NCBI RefSeq assembly: GCF_051251085.1
Contig: NZ_JBPCZH010000005.1
Span: 91,331 to 123,330 of the forward strand
Length of the DNA: 32,000 nucleotides
Source of the DNA: Cernens ardua
GTDB lineage: Bacteria; Pseudomonadota; Gammaproteobacteria; Pseudomonadales; Halomonadaceae
Direction: 5' to 3'
Part shown: positions 8,521 through 17,040 of the stretch, one piece after another
Numbering within the stretch: position 1 is the first letter of the stretch
How the letters are laid out: the number at the start of each line of letters is the position of its first letter
Program-made: the position numbers and the translations under genes
The notes under the pieces: model-generated
Seen by the model: the letters and a program-made list of their open reading frames with translations, nothing else
What the model was told of the DNA's origin: nothing
Database searches by the model: none

Positions 8521-9504
8521 GTGAATGCCATGGAAGAGATAACGTCGAGTGATTTAAAAACCATCCTTCACTCTAAACGCGCACAAATCTATTACCTTCA
8601 GCATTGTAGAGTGCTTGTTAATGGTGGGCGGGTTGAATATGTCACAGATGAAGGTGCCCGTTCTCTTTACTGGAATATTCCAATTGCCAATACCACCTCT
8701 CTTTTGTTGGGTACAGGTACATCCATCACCCAAGCGGCTATGCGTGAATTAGCCAAGGCCGGAGTTCTGGTTGGTTTTTGTGGCGGGGGAGGAACGCCTC
8801 TTTTTTCAGCGACTGAAGTCGAAGTAGATGTTGCCTGGTTAACGCCACAAAGTGAATATCGGCCTACAGAGTATTTACAACGCTGGGTAAATTTTTGGTT
8901 TGAAGACCATTTGCGATTGGAAGCCGCTCGAACATTTCAATTAAAAAGATTAGATAATATCGAAGCTCGGTGGACGCACCGTGACCTGACTGATATGGGG
9001 TTCAATATCGATAAGGCCTTTCTGAAGCGTACTCTGGATATTCATCGTGAGGCGATCACCGCTGCACCCAATACTACTGACCTATTGTTGTTTGAAGCTC
9101 GGTTAACCAAAACGTTATTCAAGCTTGCCGTTAATGCTGTGGGCTATGGTGAGTTCAAGAGAGCCAAACATGGTAGCGGTGCGGATTCAGCCAATCGTTT
9201 TCTGGATCACGGCAATTATCTGGCTTATGGCCTTGCCGCTACTGCCACCTGGGTTTTGGGAATACCACATGGCTTGGCTGTCCTTCATGGTAAAACAAGG
9301 CGCGGTGGACTGGTTTTTGATGTTGCTGATCTGGTCAAGGATGCGGTGATCCTGCCACTGGCGTTTATATCTGCCATGAAAGGAGATGAAGAGCGCGAAT
9401 TCCGGCAAGCTTGCATTGATCAGTTGACGCGTACGGAATCGCTGGATTTCATGATCGATACCTTGAAGGAGACATCCACGGCATTGGGGATACAAAAAGC
9501 ATGA
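8521..9504 (+). CDS. cas1: CRISPR-associated integrase Cas1, type I-F
   Basis: 327-aa ORF with long near-identical blocks to P. aeruginosa PA14 Cas1 as recalled (LKTILHSKRA.YYLQHCRVLVNGGRVEYVTDEG, WNIPIANTTSLLLGTGTSITQAAMRELA.AGVLVGFCGGGGTPLFSA, FLDHGNYLAYGLAATATWVLGIPHGLAVLHGKTRRGGLVFDVADL). The start is either GTG 8521 or ATG 8530. The stop overlaps the cas2/3 start (ATGA). Confidence 0.95.
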   Translation: MNAMEEITSSDLKTILHSKRAQIYYLQHCRVLVNGGRVEYVTDEGARSLYWNIPIANTTSLLLGTGTSITQAAMRELAKAGVLVGFCGGGGTPLFSATEVEVDVAWLTPQSEYRPTEYLQRWVNFWFEDHLRLEAARTFQLKRLDNIEARWTHRDLTDMGFNIDKAFLKRTLDIHREAITAAPNTTDLLLFEARLTKTLFKLAVNAVGYGEFKRAKHGSGADSANRFLDHGNYLAYGLAATATWVLGIPHGLAVLHGKTRRGGLVFDVADLVKDAVILPLAFISAMKGDEEREFRQACIDQLTRTESLDFMIDTLKETSTALGIQKA

Positions 9505-12500
9505 ATGTGCTCTTGATTTCCCAGTGTAATAAAAATGCGCTCAAAGAAACTCGTCGTATCCTGGACCAATTTGCAGAGCGTTGTGGTGACAAAGTGTGGC
9601 AAACGGCCATTACATCCGAAGGTCTGACTACTCTACGCAAGTTATTACGTAAACGTGCGAGAAAAAATACCGCTGTTGCCTGCCATTGGATAAAGGGAAG
9701 AAACCGCAGTGAGCTTTTGTGGATTGTCGGTAACGCAGCCCAGTTCAATGATAAGGGAACCGTACCCACCAATATGACACGCCGCAATATTGTGCGATCC
9801 GATGATGAAAATGATTGGCACAGTGGGCAGTTGATTCAATTGCTGACGACCTTGGCTGCTCTTTTTCATGACATGGGGAAGGCGAGCAAAGCCTTCCAAA
9901 GCCGACTGCTGGGGCATCTTGAAGGACGTAATCTTTACCGTCATGAATGGGTGTCGTTACGTTTGTTTGAAGCCTTTGTTGGAACGGATGATGATGATAG
10001 TTGGCTGACCCGTCTTGAAAATCTGACGCCTGAAGATGACGAATGGATAACATTACTCAAGCGCGATGGTATAGATAGCCTCAAAGAGCAGGATCTTTAT
10101 CCATTTGCAAATTTACCGCCTTTGGCTGCAGCGATCGGATGGCTTATCTTGAGTCACCATCGTTTACCTGCCTTGCCTGTCAGGGATGATAATTTACAAC
10201 AAAAATGGGTGGGTGCTCGTACTAGTCTGAATACAGGCAATATACCCGAACTTCCCATGGATATTTCTGCCGGATGGAATGAACGTGTTGAAGAAAAGCC
10301 TGGGAATGAAGTAATACCCTACTGGCAATTTCCTGATGGATTGCCCATGTTCATGGACGCTTGGCAAACCCGTGCGCGACGTGCAGCACGACAACTGAAG
10401 TCACTCCATCACCCCATATTACCGATGGCATCTCCTTATGTTATGCACCTTTCGCGTATGGCATTGATGCTGGCTGACCATCATTACTCAAGCCTGACGA
10501 ATGAAGGGCGACTTCGTGGGCCGTGGTCGAGCCGCCTGTTCGCTAATACGGATTGTTATAAAGAGCGCTGTCAGTCATTGGATGAACACCTGCTGGGTGT
10601 TACCAGAACGGTGGGCGACATTGTACACCGTATGCCTGACATGGTTCGTAGCCTTCCGCGTATTGCGCGTCACAAGGGCTTTAGTCAGCGTAGCAAGGAT
10701 TCTCGTTTCCGCTGGCAGGATAAAGCCTTCGATTTGGCTACAAGCTTGAGAAGCTGTAGTCATGATCATGGCTTTTTCGGTATCAACATGGCATCCACCG
10801 GTTGTGGGAAGACTATTGCCAATGGCCGGATTATGTATGCACTGAATGACCCTGAGATCGGGGCCCGTTTTTCAATAGCGTTAGGGCTGAGAACGCTGAC
10901 ATTACAAACCGGGCAAGCCTACCGAGACAAGCTGGGTCTTGATAGTGATGACATGGCTATTCGCGTGGGTGGGAGTGCTGTACGTTCATTGTATGAGCAT
11001 GCTCAGTCCACATGGAATGGCTCTGAGTCGAGGGAGGCATTGCTTGATGAGCAAAGCCACGTACTTTTCGATGGACAACTGGGTGAACATCCGCTGTTGT
11101 CACGAGCAGTGCGTGATCCAGATTCACGGTCGTTGTTAAGTGCCCCAGTTCTGGTTTGTACTATCGATCATTTGATGCCTGCTACAGAGAGCCTGCGAGG
11201 AGGCTCTCAGATTGTGCCCATGCTGCGCTTGATGTCGAGCGATTTGATATTGGATGAGCCCGACGATTTTGGGCTTGAGGATATCCCCGGGCTCACACGC
11301 CTTGTGTATTGGGCAGGCATGCTCGGATCACGGATACTTTTATCGTCGGCAACTCTGCCCCCAACCATGCTACAAGGCTTGTTCTCGGCCTATCACGAGG
11401 GTAGAGCCGAGTATCAACGCCACAGGGGAGTCCCGGGTATTCCAGTCGCACCGTGCTGTGCGTGGTTTGATGAGTATGGCTGTTCACAGGTGCAATGTGC
11501 AGATAGTGCGGCATTCACAAGTGCACATGACGCCTTCGCCCAAGAGCGCGCTGCCAGACTGCAAAAACAGGATGTCTTGCGTAGTGCGTATCTCGCCTCA
11601 CTCGTATCGTCTTCTTCCCGCGCTAAAGATATTACTCATGCCTTGGGGCATGTATTACTGACGCAATCCAAAGCATTACATGACAACCATCATTCCATTG
11701 ACCCTGTCAGTGGAAAGCGTGTTAGTTTCGGGTTGGTCAGAATGGCGAATATCGAACCTCTAGTGGATCTTGCACAGTGGTTATATCGATCAGAGCGCTT
11801 GAGCAATTTCCACATCCATCTCTGTGTTTACCATTCCCAATTTCCTCTATTACTCAGGTCTCGACTTGAATCCACGCTTGATCATGTGCTGGATCGGCAT
11901 GATGAATATGCTGTATTTGATTTCCCTGATATTCGCCAGCGCATTGATCAGTGCGATATGCAGGATCAATTATTTATTGTATTGGGCTCTCCGGTAACAG
12001 AAGTAGGGCGTGATCATGATTATGACTGGGCGCTGGTTGAGCCTTCATCCATGCGTTCGATTATTCAGTTGGCGGGGCGTGTCAGGCGACATCGCCACAC
12101 TGCAGTATCGACACCCAATATTGCGCTCTTGTCCACAAACATTCGGCACCTGAAAAAGTCAATGCCGGCTTTTTATCGCCCGGGGTTCGAATCGGAACCG
12201 TTATTGGCGTCATATCAGTTGGAGTCGCTGCTTAGAGAAGAAGAGTATACCTGTATAGATTCACGCCCCAGACTCATTCCTGCTGAGCCGTTAACCCCAA
12301 CTCAGCGGCTGGCTGATCTGGAACATTCGCAATTGGGGCAGTTAATGATTGAAGGATACAAGGTAGAAACGACAGGAAGACAGCGGAAACGAAGAGGTGA
12401 GCCAAAGCGGAAGCGTTTGGGGGCTTACCTTTTCTTTAGACCGGCAAGTTTGACACTTTCTGCCTTGGCCACTCAGCAGCAACCCTTCCGCCGGGATGAT

Positions 12501-12824
12501 CTGGCAGAAGACGAGTTTGTATTGTTACCCGATGAGGACGAAGAAAATTACTCTTTTCTACGCATTAATTATTGTTCTGGGAAAGCAGAGCCGATTCATG
12601 CCGAGAGTCAATTTACCCGTATTTCCGATGAGTCCTTGAAACATCCTGACATCACCCCCTGGAACGAAACCGATTATATGGATGCCCTTGAAGATCAGGC
12701 CTCTGCTATGGGGATGTCTCTCTTGCAATGTGCTTCACGCTTTGGACGGATAAGCCTGAAGAGTGAATATGCCCGACATGGATGGTACTTCCACCCAGCG
12801 TTGGGGTTTGTTGGCAATAAGTGA
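9501..12824 (+). CDS. cas3: Cas2-Cas3 fusion nuclease/helicase (Cas2/3), type I-F
   Basis: 1107-aa ORF. It has an N-terminal Cas2-like domain, an HD nuclease motif (LFHDMGKASKAFQ), helicase Walker A (NMASTGCGKT) and a DExD box (LILDEPDDF). The size and fusion architecture are diagnostic of subtype I-F. Confidence 0.95.
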   Translation: MNVLLISQCNKNALKETRRILDQFAERCGDKVWQTAITSEGLTTLRKLLRKRARKNTAVACHWIKGRNRSELLWIVGNAAQFNDKGTVPTNMTRRNIVRSDDENDWHSGQLIQLLTTLAALFHDMGKASKAFQSRLLGHLEGRNLYRHEWVSLRLFEAFVGTDDDDSWLTRLENLTPEDDEWITLLKRDGIDSLKEQDLYPFANLPPLAAAIGWLILSHHRLPALPVRDDNLQQKWVGARTSLNTGNIPELPMDISAGWNERVEEKPGNEVIPYWQFPDGLPMFMDAWQTRARRAARQLKSLHHPILPMASPYVMHLSRMALMLADHHYSSLTNEGRLRGPWSSRLFANTDCYKERCQSLDEHLLGVTRTVGDIVHRMPDMVRSLPRIARHKGFSQRSKDSRFRWQDKAFDLATSLRSCSHDHGFFGINMASTGCGKTIANGRIMYALNDPEIGARFSIALGLRTLTLQTGQAYRDKLGLDSDDMAIRVGGSAVRSLYEHAQSTWNGSESREALLDEQSHVLFDGQLGEHPLLSRAVRDPDSRSLLSAPVLVCTIDHLMPATESLRGGSQIVPMLRLMSSDLILDEPDDFGLEDIPGLTRLVYWAGMLGSRILLSSATLPPTMLQGLFSAYHEGRAEYQRHRGVPGIPVAPCCAWFDEYGCSQVQCADSAAFTSAHDAFAQERAARLQKQDVLRSAYLASLVSSSSRAKDITHALGHVLLTQSKALHDNHHSIDPVSGKRVSFGLVRMANIEPLVDLAQWLYRSERLSNFHIHLCVYHSQFPLLLRSRLESTLDHVLDRHDEYAVFDFPDIRQRIDQCDMQDQLFIVLGSPVTEVGRDHDYDWALVEPSSMRSIIQLAGRVRRHRHTAVSTPNIALLSTNIRHLKKSMPAFYRPGFESEPLLASYQLESLLREEEYTCIDSRPRLIPAEPLTPTQRLADLEHSQLGQLMIEGYKVETTGRQRKRRGEPKRKRLGAYLFFRPASLTLSALATQQQPFRRDDLAEDEFVLLPDEDEENYSFLRINYCSGKAEPIHAESQFTRISDESLKHPDITPWNETDYMDALEDQASAMGMSLLQCASRFGRISLKSEYARHGWYFHPALGFVGNK

Positions 12825-12955
12825 AAAGCCGACCATAGGGCCGGCTTGAGAGGGCTACCTGTGCGGTAGCGGATGAGGGTTTACCCTTAAGAACATATAT
12901 TTCTAAGCAACCTATACGGTTGAATGGACATGGCAAAAAGATTCCAGGAGATGTT

Positions 12956-14299
12956 ATGCCCGAACCTGCCCCACCTTCATCATTGCGTGAAGCCATCGAA
13001 GGCTTCATCCATGAGCGTTTTTCAGCCAAGGCGGAAAAGCTATCCCCTGATGATCCCCAATATCTGAAACTTCAACAGCAATATGAGCCTCAAGCCTGGC
13101 TGGCAGACGCTGCCAAGCGTGTATCTCAATTGCAGGTCGTAACACATTCGCTAAAAGCCATTCATTCTGATGCCAAGGGGACCAACCTCTATGTTGATCC
13201 ATCGGTATTGGATCAGGCCGGATTAGTGGGGAGTCATTGCCTTCCATCTAACTTCGGTGCAGATGTTGTGGGAGACGCAAAAGTACTTTATGTGTACAAG
13301 TTTCTCAAAACTGTTTGGGAAGAGAAAAGTCTATTGGAACGAGCGCTGGAAAACGATGAAGAATTGATTCAAGCGCTCAGTCATGATTCCGATCAAGCCA
13401 GTGAGTGGGTTAAGTCATTCGCCGGTATCATGGATGCGAAAAGGATTAAAAGCTCCCACACGAAAGGGAAACAGATGTATTGGCTGGTGGGGGATGAACC
13501 CACCAATGATCAGGAATATCGGATATTGGCTCCTCTTTATTCGACCGCTTTAATTCATTCTGTACACGCCAATATTAGTGAATCACGTTTCGGCGAAGAT
13601 GCAAAAAACGGTAGAAAAGCGCGTAAGGATGGCAAATATTTTGATGGAAGCTATACGGATTATCCGCGTTTGGCTCTTCAGAAACTGGGTGGAGCTAACC
13701 CGCAAAATGTATCTCAATTAAATAGTGAACGCGGAGGGCAAAACTATCTATTGGCTTCCCTTCCTCCTGAATGGCAATCCCGCCATGTGTATGCCCCCAT
13801 GCGTGATGCCTTTCAAAGTTTTGGTAGACGCCCCATGGTGTGGCGGGCATTGAATGAACTGGTGCGCCTTCTGGAGCGCGCGACTATCAGCAATATGCAT
13901 ATTCGTGATGCTCGCGATGATTGGGTTGCCATATTGGTGGATGAACTGATGTTATTCACTTTTGACATTCATGGGCTGGCACCGGGTTGGAGCAATGATG
14001 AAAAATGTGAATTGGTACCCGCTGAACAATATTGGCTGGATCCCGGGCGTGCTCTGCATGATGTGGAATTCAGAGAAGCCCGGAATCAGTCCGACTGGCA
14101 TTCCAAGGTAAGTTTACGTGCGGCCAATTGGTTGAATGAACGAATGAACAAGTTGAGCTCGCTTGGTTTCGGCGATGCAGAGCATAAGCATTGGAGTAAG
14201 GAGTTTTCTCACATTATCACCGCTTTCCGGCGTCAACTTGATGATCTGGAGGAAGTATTGATCACTGAGGAAGAGGAGCTGGACGATGTTCAAGATTGA
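12956..14299 (+). CDS. csy1: Csy1 / Cas8f, large subunit of the I-F Csy (Cascade) complex
   Basis: Collinear with PA14 Csy1 as recalled (F.ER...K..KL, AWLADAAKRV.QLQ.VTH.LK.IH.DA.G.N, PQN.SQLN.ER.G.N.LL.SLPP.WQ). The start is placed at ATG 12956 with an AGGAG Shine-Dalgarno 6 nt upstream. The track's TTG at 12920 is less likely. Confidence 0.9.
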   Translation: MPEPAPPSSLREAIEGFIHERFSAKAEKLSPDDPQYLKLQQQYEPQAWLADAAKRVSQLQVVTHSLKAIHSDAKGTNLYVDPSVLDQAGLVGSHCLPSNFGADVVGDAKVLYVYKFLKTVWEEKSLLERALENDEELIQALSHDSDQASEWVKSFAGIMDAKRIKSSHTKGKQMYWLVGDEPTNDQEYRILAPLYSTALIHSVHANISESRFGEDAKNGRKARKDGKYFDGSYTDYPRLALQKLGGANPQNVSQLNSERGGQNYLLASLPPEWQSRHVYAPMRDAFQSFGRRPMVWRALNELVRLLERATISNMHIRDARDDWVAILVDELMLFTFDIHGLAPGWSNDEKCELVPAEQYWLDPGRALHDVEFREARNQSDWHSKVSLRAANWLNERMNKLSSLGFGDAEHKHWSKEFSHIITAFRRQLDDLEEVLITEEEELDDVQD

Positions 14300-15260
14300 T
14301 CACTTATTGGTACTCCCCAGGCTCTACATCCAAAACGCTAATATCATATCGAGCCCTATGACGTGGGGCTTCCCTGCCATGAGTGCCTTTGTGGGTTTTA
14401 TGCACGCGTTGGAGAGAAAGCTACCGGATGATATTGGCCTTGTCTTTAATGAAATTGGTGTGGTTTGCCACCGTATCGAACCACAAGTGACCACTGGCAC
14501 TTTTGTGAAAGGGTTCCATCTTACACGCAACCCAGTTGATAAATCGGGGAACGCCTCCGCTATCGTTGAGGAAGGGCGGGCTCATCTTTGTATCTCCCTA
14601 TTGATTAGTGTTGGAGCGCAGGAGGGGAGCGATGACCTTCGCTTGGAAGAACGGCGCCAACAACTTGCCGACCAGATTCATGAGTTGGTTCAGGGAATGC
14701 GTATTGCAGGGGGAAGCGTCCTGCCGGTAGCGAATCCGAAAAGTAAACGATCTCGCCCAAAATTGGTTAGTTTTGACAGTGACGAATACGAAAAACGAGC
14801 ACATGCGTGGCGCGTTCTCAAGCGCCAATTATTACCGGGATTCGCTTTGGTACTACGTGATGATGCGCTGCAACAACATACGGCAGCTCTCAAGTTGGAA
14901 AAGAGCTCAGCCACAGCGCTGGATGCCTGGTTGGATTTGTCTCGGTTGAACCATGAATGCCAGCGGGTAAGCGTGGAGACTGATGACGGGGATACGCGGG
15001 AACGGATTGAATGGACGGTTCGTAGGCCATTTGGCGGATGGTTAGTGCCGATTCCTGTTGGCTATGGTGCGATTTCGCCGCTCTATGGTCCGGGTGAGGT
15101 CGATAAGGCTCGCGATAACAGTACGTCTTTTCAGTTTGTTGAAACACTTCATTCCATTGGTGAGTGGGTAAGTCCTCATCGAATAAAAGATCCGTCCCAA
15201 CTTCTTTGGTTTGTCGAGAACGAATTGGATCGCGGTATTTATCGCTTAAACAATACATAG
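14286..15260 (+). CDS. csy2: Csy2 / Cas5f
   Basis: 324-aa ORF matching PA14 Csy2 blocks (LPRL.IQNAN.ISSP.TWGFP, NLTRNP....G..AAIVEEGRAHL, RRLLPGFALV, GWLVPIP.GY.A.SPLY.PGEV, GEW.SPHR). The start overlaps the csy1 stop by 14 nt. Confidence 0.9.
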   Translation: MFKIDHLLVLPRLYIQNANIISSPMTWGFPAMSAFVGFMHALERKLPDDIGLVFNEIGVVCHRIEPQVTTGTFVKGFHLTRNPVDKSGNASAIVEEGRAHLCISLLISVGAQEGSDDLRLEERRQQLADQIHELVQGMRIAGGSVLPVANPKSKRSRPKLVSFDSDEYEKRAHAWRVLKRQLLPGFALVLRDDALQQHTAALKLEKSSATALDAWLDLSRLNHECQRVSVETDDGDTRERIEWTVRRPFGGWLVPIPVGYGAISPLYGPGEVDKARDNSTSFQFVETLHSIGEWVSPHRIKDPSQLLWFVENELDRGIYRLNNT

Positions 15261-15300
15261 TCTGACGCACTTAATTGATTTACTTCCAGGGGAATAACCT

Positions 15301-16338
15301 ATGTCGACTAACGATAAGCCACTCAAAACAGCCTCTGTACTTGCCTTTGAACGTAAACTTGACCCTTCCGATGCACGTTTCAGCGCCGGATACTGGAATG
15401 ACCGCGGCGCCTACACAAGCTGGCCAGCTGTGCCTGTACGGGAAAAGTCTGTTAGAGGAACCATTTCCAATCGCCTGAATGCCAAGAATCCAGACCCGGC
15501 AAAGCTGGATGCAGAAGTCGAAAAACCCAACCTGCAAACGGTTGATGTAGCCACCTTGCCGCACGATGCAGACACCTTGGCTGTTCATTTCACACTACGT
15601 ATTCTTCCCGGTACAGGCCAGCCTTCTGCCTGTAACAATGCAGACTATCAGGCCAAGTTGAGCCAGACGGTGAATGGCTATATCAATGAAATTGGCTTTA
15701 ATGAATTGGCGCACCGCTATGCATGTAACCTCGCGAATGGCCGTTTCCTTTGGCGTAATCGTATAGGCGCCGAGTCTATTGAGGTGATCGTGAGCCAGTC
15801 GCTTCAGGGGGAAGCAAAGCAGCAGTGGCGTTTCAATGCACAGGATTTGTCGCTCCGTGACTTTAATGGTAATGAGGATACCCGTGCCTTGGGAGCTCTT
15901 ATCGAAAAAGCACTCACTGGGCAGCATTATTTATTATTGGATGTTGTAGCATTCGTACGTATTGGTGAAGGGCAGGAAGTATTTCCATCGCAGGAACTGA
16001 TTCTGGAACGCTCCCGTGGAGACAAGAGCAAGACGCTTTATCGAATCGGGGAAGAGAATGCAGCGGCGATTCACTCCCAGAAAATTGGCAATGCGCTGAG
16101 AACCATTGATACATGGTATCCCCAACCGGAGAATAATGACGAGTTGGGGCCCATTGCAGTCGAGCCCTATGGATCAGTTACCACGCTCGGCTCGGCTTTC
16201 CGCCAGCCTAAACAGAAAATGGACTTCTATAACCTGCTGGATAACTGGATTTTGAAGGATAAGGTTCCCTCTGTAGAGCAGCAGCATTTTGTTATGGCCG
16301 TTCTGGTTCGAGGTGGTGTCTTTGGTGAAGCGGGGTAA
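15301..16338 (+). CDS. csy3: Csy3 / Cas7f backbone subunit
   Basis: 345-aa ORF with long identities to PA14 Csy3 as recalled ([112 protein letters not shown]). Confidence 0.93.
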   Translation: MSTNDKPLKTASVLAFERKLDPSDARFSAGYWNDRGAYTSWPAVPVREKSVRGTISNRLNAKNPDPAKLDAEVEKPNLQTVDVATLPHDADTLAVHFTLRILPGTGQPSACNNADYQAKLSQTVNGYINEIGFNELAHRYACNLANGRFLWRNRIGAESIEVIVSQSLQGEAKQQWRFNAQDLSLRDFNGNEDTRALGALIEKALTGQHYLLLDVVAFVRIGEGQEVFPSQELILERSRGDKSKTLYRIGEENAAAIHSQKIGNALRTIDTWYPQPENNDELGPIAVEPYGSVTTLGSAFRQPKQKMDFYNLLDNWILKDKVPSVEQQHFVMAVLVRGGVFGEAG

Positions 16339-16341
16339 CTC

Positions 16342-16911
16342 ATGGATCACTACCTGGATATCCGAATACTTCCAGATCCTGACTTCGTTGAAGGGACATT
16401 GATGGGAGTACTTTATTCCAAGCTTCACCGAGCCCTGTTTGATCTTGATGCTGACGATATTGGTATCAGCTTGCCGGATCACCGCACGGGTATCAAGGCG
16501 AGGACTCCCGGCAACCGATTGCGAGTGCATGGTCGACGTGAGCGACTTGAAGAATTGATGAATATGCCTTGGTACTTTGGGATGAGAGATCATATTCATG
16601 TGGGCGAGCTCAACCTCGTCCCTTCATCAGTGAGCTATCGCACGGTATCGAGACGTCAATTCAATACAGGTAGCCCTAGTAGAGTCAGACGTTTAGCCAA
16701 GCGCCATAATCTGGATATTGATGAAGCTCGGAAGTTGCTGGAAACACCCGCATCACGGAAGATCCCTTTGCCTTTTCTGCAAGTGCCGAGCCGATCAACC
16801 CGACAGCGTTTTGCCCTCTTTATAGAGCATGGTGAAGTACTCGAGAACCCACTCCATGGGAAATTCAATCACTACGGTTTGAGTCGTGAGGCGACAATTC
16901 CCTGGTTTTGA
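16342..16911 (+). CDS. cas6f: Csy4 / Cas6f pre-crRNA endoribonuclease
   Basis: 189-aa ORF starting MDHYLDIR..PDP. It has a catalytic-His context (SKLHRAL), an arginine-rich helix (SPSRVRRLAKRH) and the C-terminal CYGLS....PWF-type ending (HYGLSREATIPWF), as in PA14 Csy4. Confidence 0.93.
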   Translation: MDHYLDIRILPDPDFVEGTLMGVLYSKLHRALFDLDADDIGISLPDHRTGIKARTPGNRLRVHGRRERLEELMNMPWYFGMRDHIHVGELNLVPSSVSYRTVSRRQFNTGSPSRVRRLAKRHNLDIDEARKLLETPASRKIPLPFLQVPSRSTRQRFALFIEHGEVLENPLHGKFNHYGLSREATIPWF

Positions 16912-17040
16912 CCCTTTTTTTGACGTGTGAAAAATATCCCCTTTTATCAATAGGTTATAAATTGGCTGGTAAAAAGGGGAAAAGTCATAATAAAGGGTAT
17001 TTCTATTTGTTAGTCAAAGAGTTACTGTTTTTTCGTTCTA
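16912..17040 (+). promoter_or_regulatory. CRISPR leader
   Basis: 129-bp AT-rich non-coding stretch between the cas6f stop and repeat 1. It contains one exact IHF consensus match (TATCAATAGGTTA, 16945-16957), a 1-mismatch match (AGTCAAAGAGTTA, 17012-17024) and a tentative sigma70 promoter (TTGGCT-18 nt-CATAAT, 16962-16991). The degenerate repeat is at the opposite end of the array. Confidence 0.7.

Noticed and set aside
8521-16911. Lower GC of the cas operon as evidence of horizontal transfer.
   Set aside because: My spot counts of single 60-nt lines gave 42-52% inside the cas genes and 47-55% in the flanks. These are too variable and overlapping to support a claim without a proper sliding-window computation.
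16926-16941. A CRP-like site TGTGA-N6-TCCCC in the CRISPR leader (CRP regulates I-F cas expression in Pectobacterium).
   Set aside because: Only the left half-site matches, and the right half has 3 of 5 positions. This is not enough to call.
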